A stretch of 64,000 nucleotides of DNA from Candidatus Poribacteria bacterium (lineage in GTDB: Bacteria > Poribacteria > WGA-4E > WGA-3G), in contig CBDAUI010000002.1 in assembly GCA_965200205.1 (NCBI GenBank), positions 599,218 through 663,217 of the forward strand, given 5' to 3'. Positions 50,951 to 61,967 of the stretch are shown one piece after another (the first letter of the stretch is position 1; every line of letters starts with the position of its first letter). Below the pieces are notes generated by a model that ran no database searches, was not told where the DNA came from, and saw only the letters and a list, made by a program, of their open reading frames with translations. The position numbers and the translations under genes were made by a program.

Positions 50951-52138
50951 ATGCCAGGTCCACTCAACGGAATAAAGGTCTTAGATTTGACACGTGTCCT
51001 TGCGGGTCCGTATGCGACGATGCTTCTTGGTGATCTCGGCGCGGACGTGATTAAAATTGAGCAGCCCGGGACAGGCGACGAATCTCGCAACTTCGGTCCC
51101 TTCAAAAACGGGTTCAGCCTCTACTTCATGAGCGTGAACCGTGGAAAACGGAGTGTGACGCTCAACCTTAAATCCGAAGATGGACAAGCCGTATTCAAGC
51201 AGCTGTTGGCGCATACCGATGTTCTCGTAGAGAACTTTCGACCCGGAACGATGAAGAAACTCGGGTTGGACTACGATACACTGAAAGCATCCCATCCGTC
51301 GCTTATCTATGCAGCGTGTTCCGGTTTCGGACAGACCGGTCCCTACGCAAAACACGGCGCGTATGATATGATTATCCAAGGCATGGGCGGTATCATCAGT
51401 ATCACGGGTGAACCCGACGGACCGCCGGTGCGTGTCGGGACATCTATTAGCGACATCACCGCTGCGCTCTTCACGACAATCGGTATCCTCTCAGCACTAC
51501 ACCACCGCAACCGGACCGGGAGAGGTCAGCTCGTTGATGTTGCGATGTTAGATAGTCTCGTCGCTGTTTTGGAGAACGCTGTTGTCCGTTATTTCGCAAC
51601 AGGTGAACCGCCGAAGCCGCTTGGCGCAAGACATCCCGCGATTACACCTTTTGAAGCCTTCGCGTCCGAAGATGGACACGTTATCATCGCACTCGGCAAC
51701 GATACACTCTGGGCAAAATTCTGTGAACATGTCAATCGGGCAGACCTCATCTCGGACAAACGCTTTCAGACAAATGCCGATCGGACGGAAAATCACAGTG
51801 AATTGTTTCCGATCCTCTCGGAAATTATGTCTCAACGCACGACGGATGACTGGATGGATGCGCTCGGAAAAATCGGTGTGCCGTGTGGTCCGATCAACGC
51901 GATGGACAAAGTCGTCAATCATCCACAGATACAAGCGCGTGAGATGATTTCTCGCATCACACACCAAATCACTGGCGAAGTGGAAGTGCCGGGAGTGCCG
52001 ATAAAACTCTCAGAAACACCCGGAGACGTGGACACACCCGCACCCAGTCTCGGTGAACACACAACCGAAATCCTAACCGATGTCCTGAAAATGTCGCCAG
52101 ACGAAGTAGAAAAATTAAAACAGGACGGGGTTGTGTAA
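50951..52138 (+). CDS. CoA-transferase family III (CaiB/BaiF) protein
   Basis: LNGIKVLDLTRVLAGPYATMLLGDLGADVIKIE N-terminal signature; 395 aa. Confidence 0.85.
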   Translation: MPGPLNGIKVLDLTRVLAGPYATMLLGDLGADVIKIEQPGTGDESRNFGPFKNGFSLYFMSVNRGKRSVTLNLKSEDGQAVFKQLLAHTDVLVENFRPGTMKKLGLDYDTLKASHPSLIYAACSGFGQTGPYAKHGAYDMIIQGMGGIISITGEPDGPPVRVGTSISDITAALFTTIGILSALHHRNRTGRGQLVDVAMLDSLVAVLENAVVRYFATGEPPKPLGARHPAITPFEAFASEDGHVIIALGNDTLWAKFCEHVNRADLISDKRFQTNADRTENHSELFPILSEIMSQRTTDDWMDALGKIGVPCGPINAMDKVVNHPQIQAREMISRITHQITGEVEVPGVPIKLSETPGDVDTPAPSLGEHTTEILTDVLKMSPDEVEKLKQDGVV

Positions 52139-52248
52139 ATATCGTCAAACCGTTTATCTTTATCGATAGAAAAACTTTTGACAATGGAATACCGACTGCT
52201 GACTGCTGATAGCCGACGGCTAATAGCTATCCGAAAAAAGGAGCTCGT

Positions 52249-54507
52249 ATGTCAAGTAAAACTTCACAAGCACTACACGGAACGAACCCGTTGACGTTTG
52301 AAGGTGACCTCGCAGCAGAGATGGTCGAGGGACTTGATGGTTATGTTACTGATGCTGTGGCGAGTTCCGTTGAAAAACGCGAGGCGTTGTGGCATCGCGA
52401 CTATAGTTCTCACGAGGCGTATACTGAATCTGTCGAACCTAACCGAGAACGGTTCAAAAAACAGATCGGGTGTATTGATGAGCGGCTGCCGATTCAAGAA
52501 CTCCACTACATCGCTACGACAAGCGACCCCGCGCAGATCGTAGAAGATGAGCATTATACCGTATCCCGCGTCCGATGGCAGGTCTTTGATGATGAGGTTG
52601 GGGGTGAAGGACTCCTCTTAGAACCGAGGCACAACGTCCCGATTACTGCGCAAATCGTTGCGCTCCCTGATGCCGATTGCACACCAGAGGCGATTGCAGG
52701 CGTAACAGACGAATTGCCACCGAATACCCAGTTTGCGAGACGTTTGGCAAAGGCGGGGTGCCGTGTTGTCGTTCCGCTCCTCATTAACCGGGATGACACC
52801 TATTCCGGGAACCCGACCCTCGAAGCGATGACCAACCAACCGCACCGAGAATTTATCTATCGGATGGCGTACCAACTCGGCAGGCATATTATCGGATATG
52901 AAGTTCAGAAGGTTTTATCAGTCGTCGATTGGATGTCTCTTACCGAATTACCCATCGGTGTCATCGGCTACGGTGAAGGCGGACTGATCGCTTTCTACAG
53001 TGCTGCTGTTGATACACGTATTCAGGCGACTGCTGTCAGTGGGTATTTCCAATCTCGGCAATCGGTATGGCGAGAACCGATTTACCGGAATGTGTGGGGG
53101 TTGCTACACGAATTCGGTGATGCCGAAATCGCGAGCCTCATCGCGCCGCGTCCATTGATTATTGAGGCGAGTCGTGGACCTGAAATCGCTGGACCGCCGA
53201 CACCACAACCGGGACGCGGCGGTGCCGCGCCGGGGCAACTCGTGTCCCCACCGATTGATTCCGTCGAATCAGAATTTAACCGTGCCATCGATTTTTATCA
53301 ACGCCTCAGCAGTGAAGATGCTTTACGACTTGTCTCTACTGAAGACGGGGCACCGGGTTCCCAGGAGACACTCACGACTTTACTCGCTGGACTCGGTATC
53401 GAAAAGGCACACATTGATGGATACCTATCTTCTGTCCCTGCTGTTGGTAATTTCGATGCCGAGGCGCGGCAGGAACGGCAGTTTACGCAACTCGTTAATC
53501 TGACGCAACGCTTTTTGCGGGAAGCAGCATCACGACGGAAACAGTTCTTCTGGGATAAAACCGACACGAGTTCGCTAACACGTTGGCAAGAGACGGCTGC
53601 AGATGCCAAAATCTATTTCTCTGACGAAGTTATCGGCAGATGTCCATCCCCGGATGTTCCTACCAATCCGAGAACCCGATTGATCTATGACGAACCGCTT
53701 TGGAAAGGCTACGAGGTCGTCCTTGATGTCTGGAAAGACGTTTTCGCTTACGGTATTCTCCTGCTTCCCAGCGATCTCCAACCCGGCGAACAGCGTCCGG
53801 TTGTCGTCTGTCAGCACGGTTTAGAGGGGAGACCGCAAGACACTGCCGATCCGGGGATAGAATCCGTCTATTACGCTTACGCAGCGCAGTTGGCAGATAG
53901 AGGGTTTATCACTTATGCACCGCAGAACCCATATATCGGTCAAGATGCCTTCCGCGTCATCCAACGTAAAGCGAACCCGATAAAATGGTCGCTCTTTTCA
54001 TTGATTGTTCGTCAACATGAACGGACACTCGACTGGTTAGCAGCGCAGCCGTTTGTCGATGCCGATCGAATCGGGTTTTACGGGTTATCTTATGGTGGTA
54101 AGACAGCGATGCGCGTTCCGGCACTGCTTGATCGCTACGCTTGCTCAATCTGTTCCGCTGATTTCAACGAATGGATCGTCAAAAACGCAACTGTTGACGC
54201 ACGCTATAGTTATATGTTCACGGGTGAATATGAGATGCCGGAGTTCGATCTGGGGAACACGTTTAACTACGGTGAGATGGCAGGATTAATCGCGCCGCGT
54301 CCATTTATGGTTGAACGCGGGCACGACGACGGTGTCGCCCCGGATGAATGGGTCGCACATGAATACGCCGTCGTCCGGAGACTCTACGTTCGGTTAGGAA
54401 TCGCTGATAGAACGGAGATAGAGTTCTTCGATGGTGGACACCAAATCAATTCCGACAGCACCTTTAAGTTCTTACACCGCCACCTAAACTGGCCCGAACC
54501 CTCGTAA
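52249..54507 (+). CDS. Large alpha/beta-hydrolase-fold protein (putative esterase/peptidase)
   Basis: Nucleophile-elbow motif FYGLSYGGKTAM in the C-terminal half and a GYGEGG-containing region in the N-terminal half; 752 aa; specificity unknown. Confidence 0.5.
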   Translation: MSSKTSQALHGTNPLTFEGDLAAEMVEGLDGYVTDAVASSVEKREALWHRDYSSHEAYTESVEPNRERFKKQIGCIDERLPIQELHYIATTSDPAQIVEDEHYTVSRVRWQVFDDEVGGEGLLLEPRHNVPITAQIVALPDADCTPEAIAGVTDELPPNTQFARRLAKAGCRVVVPLLINRDDTYSGNPTLEAMTNQPHREFIYRMAYQLGRHIIGYEVQKVLSVVDWMSLTELPIGVIGYGEGGLIAFYSAAVDTRIQATAVSGYFQSRQSVWREPIYRNVWGLLHEFGDAEIASLIAPRPLIIEASRGPEIAGPPTPQPGRGGAAPGQLVSPPIDSVESEFNRAIDFYQRLSSEDALRLVSTEDGAPGSQETLTTLLAGLGIEKAHIDGYLSSVPAVGNFDAEARQERQFTQLVNLTQRFLREAASRRKQFFWDKTDTSSLTRWQETAADAKIYFSDEVIGRCPSPDVPTNPRTRLIYDEPLWKGYEVVLDVWKDVFAYGILLLPSDLQPGEQRPVVVCQHGLEGRPQDTADPGIESVYYAYAAQLADRGFITYAPQNPYIGQDAFRVIQRKANPIKWSLFSLIVRQHERTLDWLAAQPFVDADRIGFYGLSYGGKTAMRVPALLDRYACSICSADFNEWIVKNATVDARYSYMFTGEYEMPEFDLGNTFNYGEMAGLIAPRPFMVERGHDDGVAPDEWVAHEYAVVRRLYVRLGIADRTEIEFFDGGHQINSDSTFKFLHRHLNWPEPS

Positions 54508-54544
54508 CCGGATGCCTACTGACAACTGAAAACTACTAAAAAAT

Positions 54545-55597
54545 ATGCTTTATTCAATTATTGTAAGCGCGGGCTTAGAAAATATGGCGCGCGAGGAACT
54601 ATCAGAACGCTTCGGGAACACCGGACATCTGAAGAACATCGAACGCAAACCGCAGCGCCTCATTTTTCAATACACGGGGAACCCGCGTGAATTACTATCT
54701 CTCCGAACAGCCGAACACCTCTTCCTCATCCTGAAGCAGCTGCCGAAAATGACACGTTCACGCAGTTCATTGGCAGTGCTGAGTGGTTCACTCACACGCT
54801 TCAATTTCAGAGAGATGTCCGAATGCTGTCGGCAGGTCGGTATCAATCTCCGAAAGCGGATGCCGTTCCGTGTGACGAGCCGACTCTCAGGGAAACGGAA
54901 CTTCCGACGCATAGACCTACAACGTGTTATTGAACAGGCACTGTTAGCGCGTGGGTGGTATCTAACTTCTGGACGCTCAGCGTTGGATGTCTGGGCAGAA
55001 GTACACGGAGACGACGGCTATATCAGCGTCAAACTCTCTGGGAACGATATGGCACAGCGTCCGTACAAACAGGCACATATCCCGGCATCCCTGAAACCGA
55101 CGGTGGCGTACAGCATGGCGCGCCTCTCACGTCCACACCCGACCGATGTCTTCTTAGATGCGATGTGTGGTGCCGGCACTATCCTCTTAGAGCGTGCCCT
55201 GATGGGGCGTTATGATTACTTAATCGGCGGCGATGTCTCCACAGACGCGTTGGATGCGACCCTCGCGAACTTCGGTAGGAAACATCAACCGCGCCAATTT
55301 TTTCATTGGGACGCACGCAAATTGCCGCTGCAGCGAAGGACAGTCGATAAGATCGTCTCTAATCTTCCGTTTGGTGAGACTATCGGAAATCTGCCGCAAC
55401 TGACGAATCTATACCGCTACACGCTGAGGGAATATGCCCGCGTCCTGAAACCGAGAGGGCGGATGGTACTCTTGACTTCACAGCGTACGACCCTCGACGA
55501 CGAATTGGAACGGTTACACTTTCTTGATGTCCGTCAAAGGTTGACGGTAGATGTCCGCGGAAAAAAGGCGTGGATATACGTCATCCGCTTCGCCTAA
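54545..55597 (+). CDS. THUMP-domain class I SAM-dependent RNA methyltransferase (RlmL/Trm14-like)
   Basis: N-terminal THUMP-like region; SAM-binding motif DAMCGAGTILLE; motif IV NLPFGE. Confidence 0.75.
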   Translation: MLYSIIVSAGLENMAREELSERFGNTGHLKNIERKPQRLIFQYTGNPRELLSLRTAEHLFLILKQLPKMTRSRSSLAVLSGSLTRFNFREMSECCRQVGINLRKRMPFRVTSRLSGKRNFRRIDLQRVIEQALLARGWYLTSGRSALDVWAEVHGDDGYISVKLSGNDMAQRPYKQAHIPASLKPTVAYSMARLSRPHPTDVFLDAMCGAGTILLERALMGRYDYLIGGDVSTDALDATLANFGRKHQPRQFFHWDARKLPLQRRTVDKIVSNLPFGETIGNLPQLTNLYRYTLREYARVLKPRGRMVLLTSQRTTLDDELERLHFLDVRQRLTVDVRGKKAWIYVIRFA

Positions 55598-55614
55598 AAC
55601 GTTTCCTAAACCCA

Positions 55615-55660
55615 ATCCGGTAGGTTCGGTTTGCAACCGAACCGGATTCTACGCGGAAAT
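55615..55660. repeat. Dispersed ~45-bp palindromic hairpin element, copy 2
   Basis: 44/45 identical to 10218-10262; overlaps the last 4 codons and the stop of the Gfo/Idh/MocA gene at 55649-56740. Confidence 0.7.
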
Positions 55661-56740
55661 CTCCGGCACTCTCACCGCGACCTCTTTACCCGCTGCGTGC
55701 GAACGGAAGATACCGTCCATAATTACGTTTGTGAGCAGGACACCCTCTGGCGGTATCGGGGACGGTCCATTCGCTTTCACGCCTTCTCGGAACGCGATCA
55801 TCTGTGCCGCCCAATTATCAGATGCCGGGAATCCTGAGAACTGGATGGTCGTCATCCCTTCCGGTGGATTCGGTTCCGCTGTTAATCCCTCCGATTCGAC
55901 AAACGTCTTGAGTTCACCGTTGTATGCATCGGCATAAATAACCGGTCCACCCAACGAGAAACCGGCTTTCGTCCCCAGATGGAAGTTACCGCCGAGTGAG
56001 TCCTGATGCACTGCCCAAGAGATTTTGAAGACCATCACGCCACCATTCTCAAACCGTATCCACGCCGCACCGAATTCCTCGACATCCATGATCCCCTTAA
56101 ATCTCGGATCCTGCTGTGAGATGTAATCCTGAGTGATCGCGGAGACCCGTACCGGTTTCGGATACCCCATCGCATACAGCGACGCGTGCATGTTATAGAC
56201 ACCGATATCGACGGTTGCACCGGCACCTGCGGTCTTCTTGTAGATGAATGTATGTCCGGGATTCCCGCGGCGTCTGCAGCCTGCGGATTCGGAGTAGTAG
56301 ATATCACCGAATATTCCCGCGTCATACGCCTTCCTTATGAATTGGAGTCTCGGATCAAACGTGGGATTCAGACCGATTTGTAAGATTTTGCCTGATGCCT
56401 TTGCTGCCCGCACCATTGCGGTTGCATCAGACAGCGTTGCTGCCATCGGTTTTTCGCAGAGGACGTGTTTACCAGCTTTCAACGCTGCCACTGTCGGTCG
56501 TCGATGTCCCTGATTGTAAGTGCAGACACTCACCGCATCGAGTCCGTCCATTTCGAGCATTTTGTTGTAACTCGAAAAAGCGTTCTTTCTCGGAACACCC
56601 CACTCATCAGCGGCTCGGTTCGCTTTACTTTTAATGATGTCGCAGACCGCAACAATCTCGAAACCACCGACTTTCTCATAGGTACTCCGGTGTGCTCGTG
56701 AAATACCACCTGTACCAATAATACCAACTCGGACTGTCAT
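55649..56740 (-). CDS. Gfo/Idh/MocA family oxidoreductase
   Basis: MTVRVGIIGTGGISRAH Rossmann N-terminus; ~85% identical to the adjacent paralog. Confidence 0.85.
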   Translation of the reverse strand: MTVRVGIIGTGGISRAHRSTYEKVGGFEIVAVCDIIKSKANRAADEWGVPRKNAFSSYNKMLEMDGLDAVSVCTYNQGHRRPTVAALKAGKHVLCEKPMAATLSDATAMVRAAKASGKILQIGLNPTFDPRLQFIRKAYDAGIFGDIYYSESAGCRRRGNPGHTFIYKKTAGAGATVDIGVYNMHASLYAMGYPKPVRVSAITQDYISQQDPRFKGIMDVEEFGAAWIRFENGGVMVFKISWAVHQDSLGGNFHLGTKAGFSLGGPVIYADAYNGELKTFVESEGLTAEPNPPEGMTTIQFSGFPASDNWAAQMIAFREGVKANGPSPIPPEGVLLTNVIMDGIFRSHAAGKEVAVRVPEISA

Positions 56741-56779
56741 AATGTTTTCTCCTCATAACTGATTACTGATTGCCGATTT

Positions 56780-57865
56780 CTATATCTCCGGCACGTTCAC
56801 CGCGACCTCTTTACCGGCTGCGTGGGAGCGGAAAATACCGTCCATTATCACATTGGTAAGCAGGACACCCTCCGGCAGTAGCAGGGGCGGTGCATCCGCT
56901 TTGACGGATTCTCGGAACGCTGTCATCTGTGCCTCCCAGACGTTCACCTCTGGGAACCCTGAGAACTTAATCGTCGTCATACCCTCCGGTGGGTTCGCCT
57001 CCGCTGTGAGTCCCTCAGATGTGACGAGTCTCTTCAGCTCATCTGTATACGCATCGGCGTAAATAACCGGTCCATTCAGAGAGATACCCATCTCTTTACC
57101 GAGACAGAAACTGGTACCCAGCGAGTCCTGATGCACTGCCCAGGAGATTTTGAATACCATCACACCACCATTCTCAAACCGTACCCATGCGACACCGAAC
57201 TCTTCAACATCCATGATCCCCTTAAATCTCGGATCCTGTTGTGAGATGTAATCTTGAGTGATAGCGGAGACCCGAACCGGCTTAGGATACCCCATTGCAT
57301 ATAGCGAATTGTGCATGTTGTAGACCCCGATGTCTACGATCGCACCCGCACCTGCAGTCTTTTTATAGATGAACGTCCGTCCGGGGTTCCCGCGGCGTCT
57401 GCAGCCGACAGATTCGGAGTAGTAGATGTCACCGAGCAGTCCTTCATCAATCATTTTTTTAGCGAATTGCAGCTTCGGATCAAAGGCGCTTTTGACACCG
57501 ATTTGCAAGATTTTACCCGACGCTTTCGCAGCGCGTACCATTGCCGTCGCGTCAGGCAGCGTCGCCGCCATCGGTTTCTCACAAAAGACGTGTTTACCGG
57601 CGTTCAACGCTGCCACCGTCGGACGGCGATGCCCTTGGTTATAAGTACAAACGCTGACCGTATCGATCTCATCCATCTCAAGCATCTTATTGTAGCTTGT
57701 GAAGACGTGTTTCCGTGGGACACCCCATCGATCAGCAGCCTCGTTTGCCTTACTCTTGATGATGTCGCAGACCGCGACGATCTCAAAACCGCCCACAGCC
57801 GTATAGGATCTATGGTGTGCGCGTGAAATACCGCCTGTACCCACAATACCGACTCGAATCGTCAT
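56780..57865 (-). CDS. Gfo/Idh/MocA family oxidoreductase, tandem paralog
   Basis: MTIRVGIVGTGGISRAH; collinear with the 55649-56740 product. Confidence 0.85.
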   Translation of the reverse strand: MTIRVGIVGTGGISRAHHRSYTAVGGFEIVAVCDIIKSKANEAADRWGVPRKHVFTSYNKMLEMDEIDTVSVCTYNQGHRRPTVAALNAGKHVFCEKPMAATLPDATAMVRAAKASGKILQIGVKSAFDPKLQFAKKMIDEGLLGDIYYSESVGCRRRGNPGRTFIYKKTAGAGAIVDIGVYNMHNSLYAMGYPKPVRVSAITQDYISQQDPRFKGIMDVEEFGVAWVRFENGGVMVFKISWAVHQDSLGTSFCLGKEMGISLNGPVIYADAYTDELKRLVTSEGLTAEANPPEGMTTIKFSGFPEVNVWEAQMTAFRESVKADAPPLLLPEGVLLTNVIMDGIFRSHAAGKEVAVNVPEI

Positions 57866-58161
57866 ACGCGTCCCTCCTCGTAAGAAAAATGGAATTGCCC
57901 TAAAAGTTTAGACGAAATCGGTTTGCAATGCAAGGGAATTAATTTTTTTAAATTTCCTTGACTGCTTATGTTCTATTATATCATAATATTGTTAGGATTT
58001 ACGCGATAATGTTTGACATAGTTTCCTGATACTCGGAATATGGTGTGTGAGGAGGCATGTAAAATTAGAGATTGGGGCAGTGGGGCAATATCTCAAGGAC
58101 ACACGAGCAACAAAACCTATCACTCACGTGTTTATAAAATTACCGGTTTATCTGAGGAGGA

Positions 58162-58647
58162 TTGATCATGTTTAGAAAATATGGTTTTACAATATTAATG
58201 GTTTTGATGGTGTTATCAGGGTGCAGTAAAGGTGCTATTGATACGACACCTCTACAAAAAACTGCAGATATGACCCCTCTACAGAAAGCTGAACTTGACT
58301 TCCGCGCCTATATCGACGCTTTAAGAACAGCAAAAGAGCAGGGGCAACTGGATAATTTGGACGCACGTGATAGAATGCAGACGAAATATCTCGGAATTTC
58401 TAATGAACTGCTAAACACATTGAGCGGAATTTATCGGCATGAATATAGAGAGAAGTTTGGACAGGATACCATTGGTATGCAAGTTGGTCATCGACCTATC
58501 CTTATTGCATACCTCTGTCTTCAATATACTTATCCTGAAAGAACAGAATGGGAACTCAGAGAAATTTATCGTGAGTCTGTTAAACGTGGAGAGGTCAAAG
58601 CAATCAGAGCAAACAGAGATGAAAATTGGAGATGGAACCCCGAATAA
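58162..58647 (+). CDS. Hypothetical lipoprotein
   Basis: Signal peptide with lipobox VLSGCSKG; otherwise no recognizable motifs. Confidence 0.45.
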   Translation: MIMFRKYGFTILMVLMVLSGCSKGAIDTTPLQKTADMTPLQKAELDFRAYIDALRTAKEQGQLDNLDARDRMQTKYLGISNELLNTLSGIYRHEYREKFGQDTIGMQVGHRPILIAYLCLQYTYPERTEWELREIYRESVKRGEVKAIRANRDENWRWNPE

Positions 58648-58802
58648 TATTAAAAACGGATTGAAAAAACTTTGATTCCCGATATACCAGTTGTAGGCGC
58701 GATCCCGTAATAGTACACCGAAATCCGTATCGCCTTTTTACCACTGATTTTTGTTGTCGGTAAGGGCCCTTCCGTAAACAAAATAACATCAGACTTTGTA
58801 AA

Positions 58803-59756
58803 TTATTTTTTTAGCACTTCCTCACGATGCCATGCCAATGCTTCTTGAGCTGGATAAAGTTCACTGTGATCAGGCAATAATATCGACTTACCTCGCAAGG
58901 TAGTCAGCAGCCATTCTGTGGGTCCACGCTCCAACATAAAATCCGAAACAATCACTTTATAAGTTCTATCCACGGAAATTAAGCCGCTATCAAAAGACCA
59001 GTGATGTAGTCGGCAAAGAGAAATTCCATTCCTGACATCATTATTATGTGACTTATTAAACGGGATGATGTGGGCAGCCTCAGTTGCACTTGCTCCATCC
59101 AATGTCAGAACGTGTAATTGACAAACCACGCAGGTGTAATCGTAAATCCTCATGATTGCTTTACGAAACCCTTGAGTACGAACTTCATTTTCTCTTTCAT
59201 CTGATACTGCTGGATGTTCGGATGTAAATACGTAATCAACTTGTTGAATCAGCTGCTGGCTGTAACTGTTAACCTGTTGTTCTTCAGTTATGAGATTTTC
59301 AATCTCCTGCTTAAAATCCGAGAAATAGGTATCAATAAGTGTTGCGCGGAGGACTTCTCGGTCAGAGGCATTCGTGAATAAAACGAAGAGATCGTCATCA
59401 AAACCAGCGTGCGCGATAACTTCTCGGAGACGAGAAACTGTTTTAATTTGGGTGATAACGCTTAGTGCTGTTTCATATCCTGCGTTTGCATGAAGATGCC
59501 AAAATCCCTCGCTCTTTAAGTGGAAAAATGGTAAGGCAAGATTAGGTCTGCGGTCAGTCACTATTGACCAATATTTCATAAAAATCTCAAACAGATCCGG
59601 AGAAGGTGAGATTTTATTCTCGCGAATTTGTCCTTGCTCAATCAGTTCAATGATTGCTAACAAGAGAGCAGGCTTATTAGGCGCTGCCCCACGCGCCCTG
59701 TCTATTCGCAGGCGTTTCATCTTTTCGACATATTTTTGAAGGATATTGTTGGACAT
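58803..59756 (-). CDS. HNH_2-type endonuclease with uncharacterized N-terminal domain
   Basis: C-terminal HNH motif CVVCQL...AAHIIPF...NGISLCRLHHWSFD. Confidence 0.65.
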   Translation of the reverse strand: MSNNILQKYVEKMKRLRIDRARGAAPNKPALLLAIIELIEQGQIRENKISPSPDLFEIFMKYWSIVTDRRPNLALPFFHLKSEGFWHLHANAGYETALSVITQIKTVSRLREVIAHAGFDDDLFVLFTNASDREVLRATLIDTYFSDFKQEIENLITEEQQVNSYSQQLIQQVDYVFTSEHPAVSDERENEVRTQGFRKAIMRIYDYTCVVCQLHVLTLDGASATEAAHIIPFNKSHNNDVRNGISLCRLHHWSFDSGLISVDRTYKVIVSDFMLERGPTEWLLTTLRGKSILLPDHSELYPAQEALAWHREEVLKK

Positions 59757-60033
59757 CTTTTTCTTAATATGCTTAGATAGCGTTTGATGTAAAGGGTCTT
59801 CAAAGGTTAACTGTTATCTCACAAGATAATTATATCATATCTCTGAAAAGAAAAGTCAATTTTTTGCTATAACAATTTTGAAGTATCTACAACCTTGAAA
59901 ATCCTAATTTTGACAACTGAAAACTGATAACCGACAGCCGTTACATTTTTCTTGACAATTTCTATTTAACTGTGTTAGGATAAACCTAATGGTGAAGGAT
60001 CAACTTGAACCCTCAAATTAGGAGGCACAGAAA

Positions 60034-60831
60034 ATGCAAAGGTTATTTTGTTTCGCATCAATCTTGATGCTAATTTTCGTGGGCTACGTCCATGCGCAGG
60101 ATGTCGCCGTTGTCTATGATTCGGCTATTGAAAACGGCGGTGGTTTGGCTGTACCGAACCCGTCGCAGTTGGCTGAAATGATGGTCGAGGAGCTGGAGGC
60201 GAAAAAACTAACTGCCGAAATTGTGGACGCTGACGAGTTAGTGGAATATATGAACGCGAATCCGAAGGGGATCTATATCATCACGCAGGGGAATACACCC
60301 GGCACAATCTTTAAGAAAGATGGCAAGAAAGACCTTGTCTATACATGGCTAAGAGAAGGTGGCATCGGCGGATTCATCGGCGATTACCCGTTCTACTATT
60401 ATTGGGATAAAGGCGCACGTGTTACCGCTGCCGGTGCCGGACAGCAAAGTGTGTTTGGTGTCACAGTCACAAATGGCACGGTTTCGCAAGTCAGTCCGAC
60501 GGATCTCGGTAAGGAGTACATACCTTCGCTCAAAAAATGGTCTTCAAATCGCGCGTCAGGTCTCGCCGTTTTGAAGGCGAACGATTTTGAGTATGAAAGT
60601 TATGCCGACGATGGCTCAAACGCGGACCCCATTGCTTATCGAACAGATGATATGGAGGGATGGTTCATCAACTTCCATACCTCATGTTGCGGAACAGCGA
60701 TACCACCAAACCCTCAGATCGCTACGGAATACGCCGAACTCATTTCAAACCGTTTTGCGACATCGCAAGCGGTGGATCCGAGTGGTAAAGTGAGCGTTGT
60801 CTGGGGCAAGATCAAAAAATCTCTACAGTAG
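60034..60831 (+). CDS. Hypothetical secreted protein
   Basis: Signal peptide MQRLFCFASILMLIFVGYVHAQD; TAGGAGG RBS; no known motifs. Confidence 0.45.
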   Translation: MQRLFCFASILMLIFVGYVHAQDVAVVYDSAIENGGGLAVPNPSQLAEMMVEELEAKKLTAEIVDADELVEYMNANPKGIYIITQGNTPGTIFKKDGKKDLVYTWLREGGIGGFIGDYPFYYYWDKGARVTAAGAGQQSVFGVTVTNGTVSQVSPTDLGKEYIPSLKKWSSNRASGLAVLKANDFEYESYADDGSNADPIAYRTDDMEGWFINFHTSCCGTAIPPNPQIATEYAELISNRFATSQAVDPSGKVSVVWGKIKKSLQ

Positions 60832-61006
60832 CACTTTGTTATTGGAACTGTTTTGAACTGGTAGCCTCAATACGCGTATTGAGGCTACAATCAATTTGTA
60901 CTATTGGAAAATGCGTGCCATAGACTGAATGAAGATTAATTTATTAATTCGGTAATTTCTTTGGCGGTCCGGTTCGGTTTCAAACCGAACCTACAAGGAG
61001 ACTCCA

Positions 61007-61810
61007 GTGAAACGTTGCGTCATCTTATATTTCATGATAGGCTTGAGTATTAGCCTCATCGCATGTCGCAGTGATGAGGCATCAGAAGATTCTGCGCGTG
61101 AACAGACACCACTGGCGGCACTCGACACTCCGATTGACGTTGAAGATATGGTCTTGATTCCTGCAGGAGAGGTTAGACTTGGTACGGATAGCAAGACCGA
61201 TTTAACGTTCGGGACGGAAGCCGACACGCGGACGGTTTTTGTCGCGGCGTTCTATATCGATAAATATGAGGTTACAAATAAGCAGTACGCAAAATTCCTC
61301 GTGGAAACCGGGCATCGAAAGCCGAAGTTCTGGGCGGATCTGAGGTTCAACGCGCCAGATCAGCCGGTTGTTGGTGTCAATTGGGAAGACGCTGAAACCT
61401 ACGCAACATGGGCTGGTAAAAGACTACCTACAGCAAGCGAATGGGAGAAGGCAGCGCGCGGTACGGACGGTAGACACTACCCGTGGGGAAATGATTACGA
61501 TGCGGCACGTGGCAATTTCGACGATGGCGGCAGCATGGACGGCAGCACCGACGGCTACGCGATGACCGCAGCACCGGTCGGACATTTTATAGACGGTCTG
61601 AGTCCTTACGGACTACACGATATGGCAGGAAATGTTTGGGAATGGGTAGCAGAACACTCGGAAACGACGGATAAAAAAATATACGCAATCCGAGGCGGAT
61701 CGTGGACGAATGGGGCAGGAGATACACGCACCACAGTCGCTTATATCTACCCAGCACAATGCAGCGACCACAGCAGTTCCGTTGGATTCCGCTGTGCAAA
61801 GAACCCTTAA
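61007..61810 (+). CDS. FGE-sulfatase (SUMF1/formylglycine-generating enzyme) family lipoprotein
   Basis: Lipobox LIACRSD; FGE-domain motifs (VTNKQYAKFL...PVVGVNWEDAETYATWAGKRLPT.SEWEKAARG...GNVWEW...RGGSW...RCA). Confidence 0.8.
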   Translation: MKRCVILYFMIGLSISLIACRSDEASEDSAREQTPLAALDTPIDVEDMVLIPAGEVRLGTDSKTDLTFGTEADTRTVFVAAFYIDKYEVTNKQYAKFLVETGHRKPKFWADLRFNAPDQPVVGVNWEDAETYATWAGKRLPTASEWEKAARGTDGRHYPWGNDYDAARGNFDDGGSMDGSTDGYAMTAAPVGHFIDGLSPYGLHDMAGNVWEWVAEHSETTDKKIYAIRGGSWTNGAGDTRTTVAYIYPAQCSDHSSSVGFRCAKNP

Positions 61811-61888
61811 TGCAACTATGTCAAACATACCATAGTAAAACAAAAAAATAATGCAACACTTTAGCAAACAACATATCCCCTCAATGCA

Positions 61889-61915
61889 GGCGGGGTTTGG
61901 AACCCCGCCTTTTAT
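61889..61915 (+). terminator. Putative intrinsic terminator: hairpin GGCGGGGTTTGGAACCCCGCC followed by TTTTAT
   Basis: Perfect 9-bp GC-rich stem and T-run, 80 nt after the FGE gene stop; same hairpin family as 43197-43217. Confidence 0.5.
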
Positions 61916-61967
61916 AGATGTCTCGTTAATTGTAGGTTTTACTATAAAATACATCATCTGTTACGTA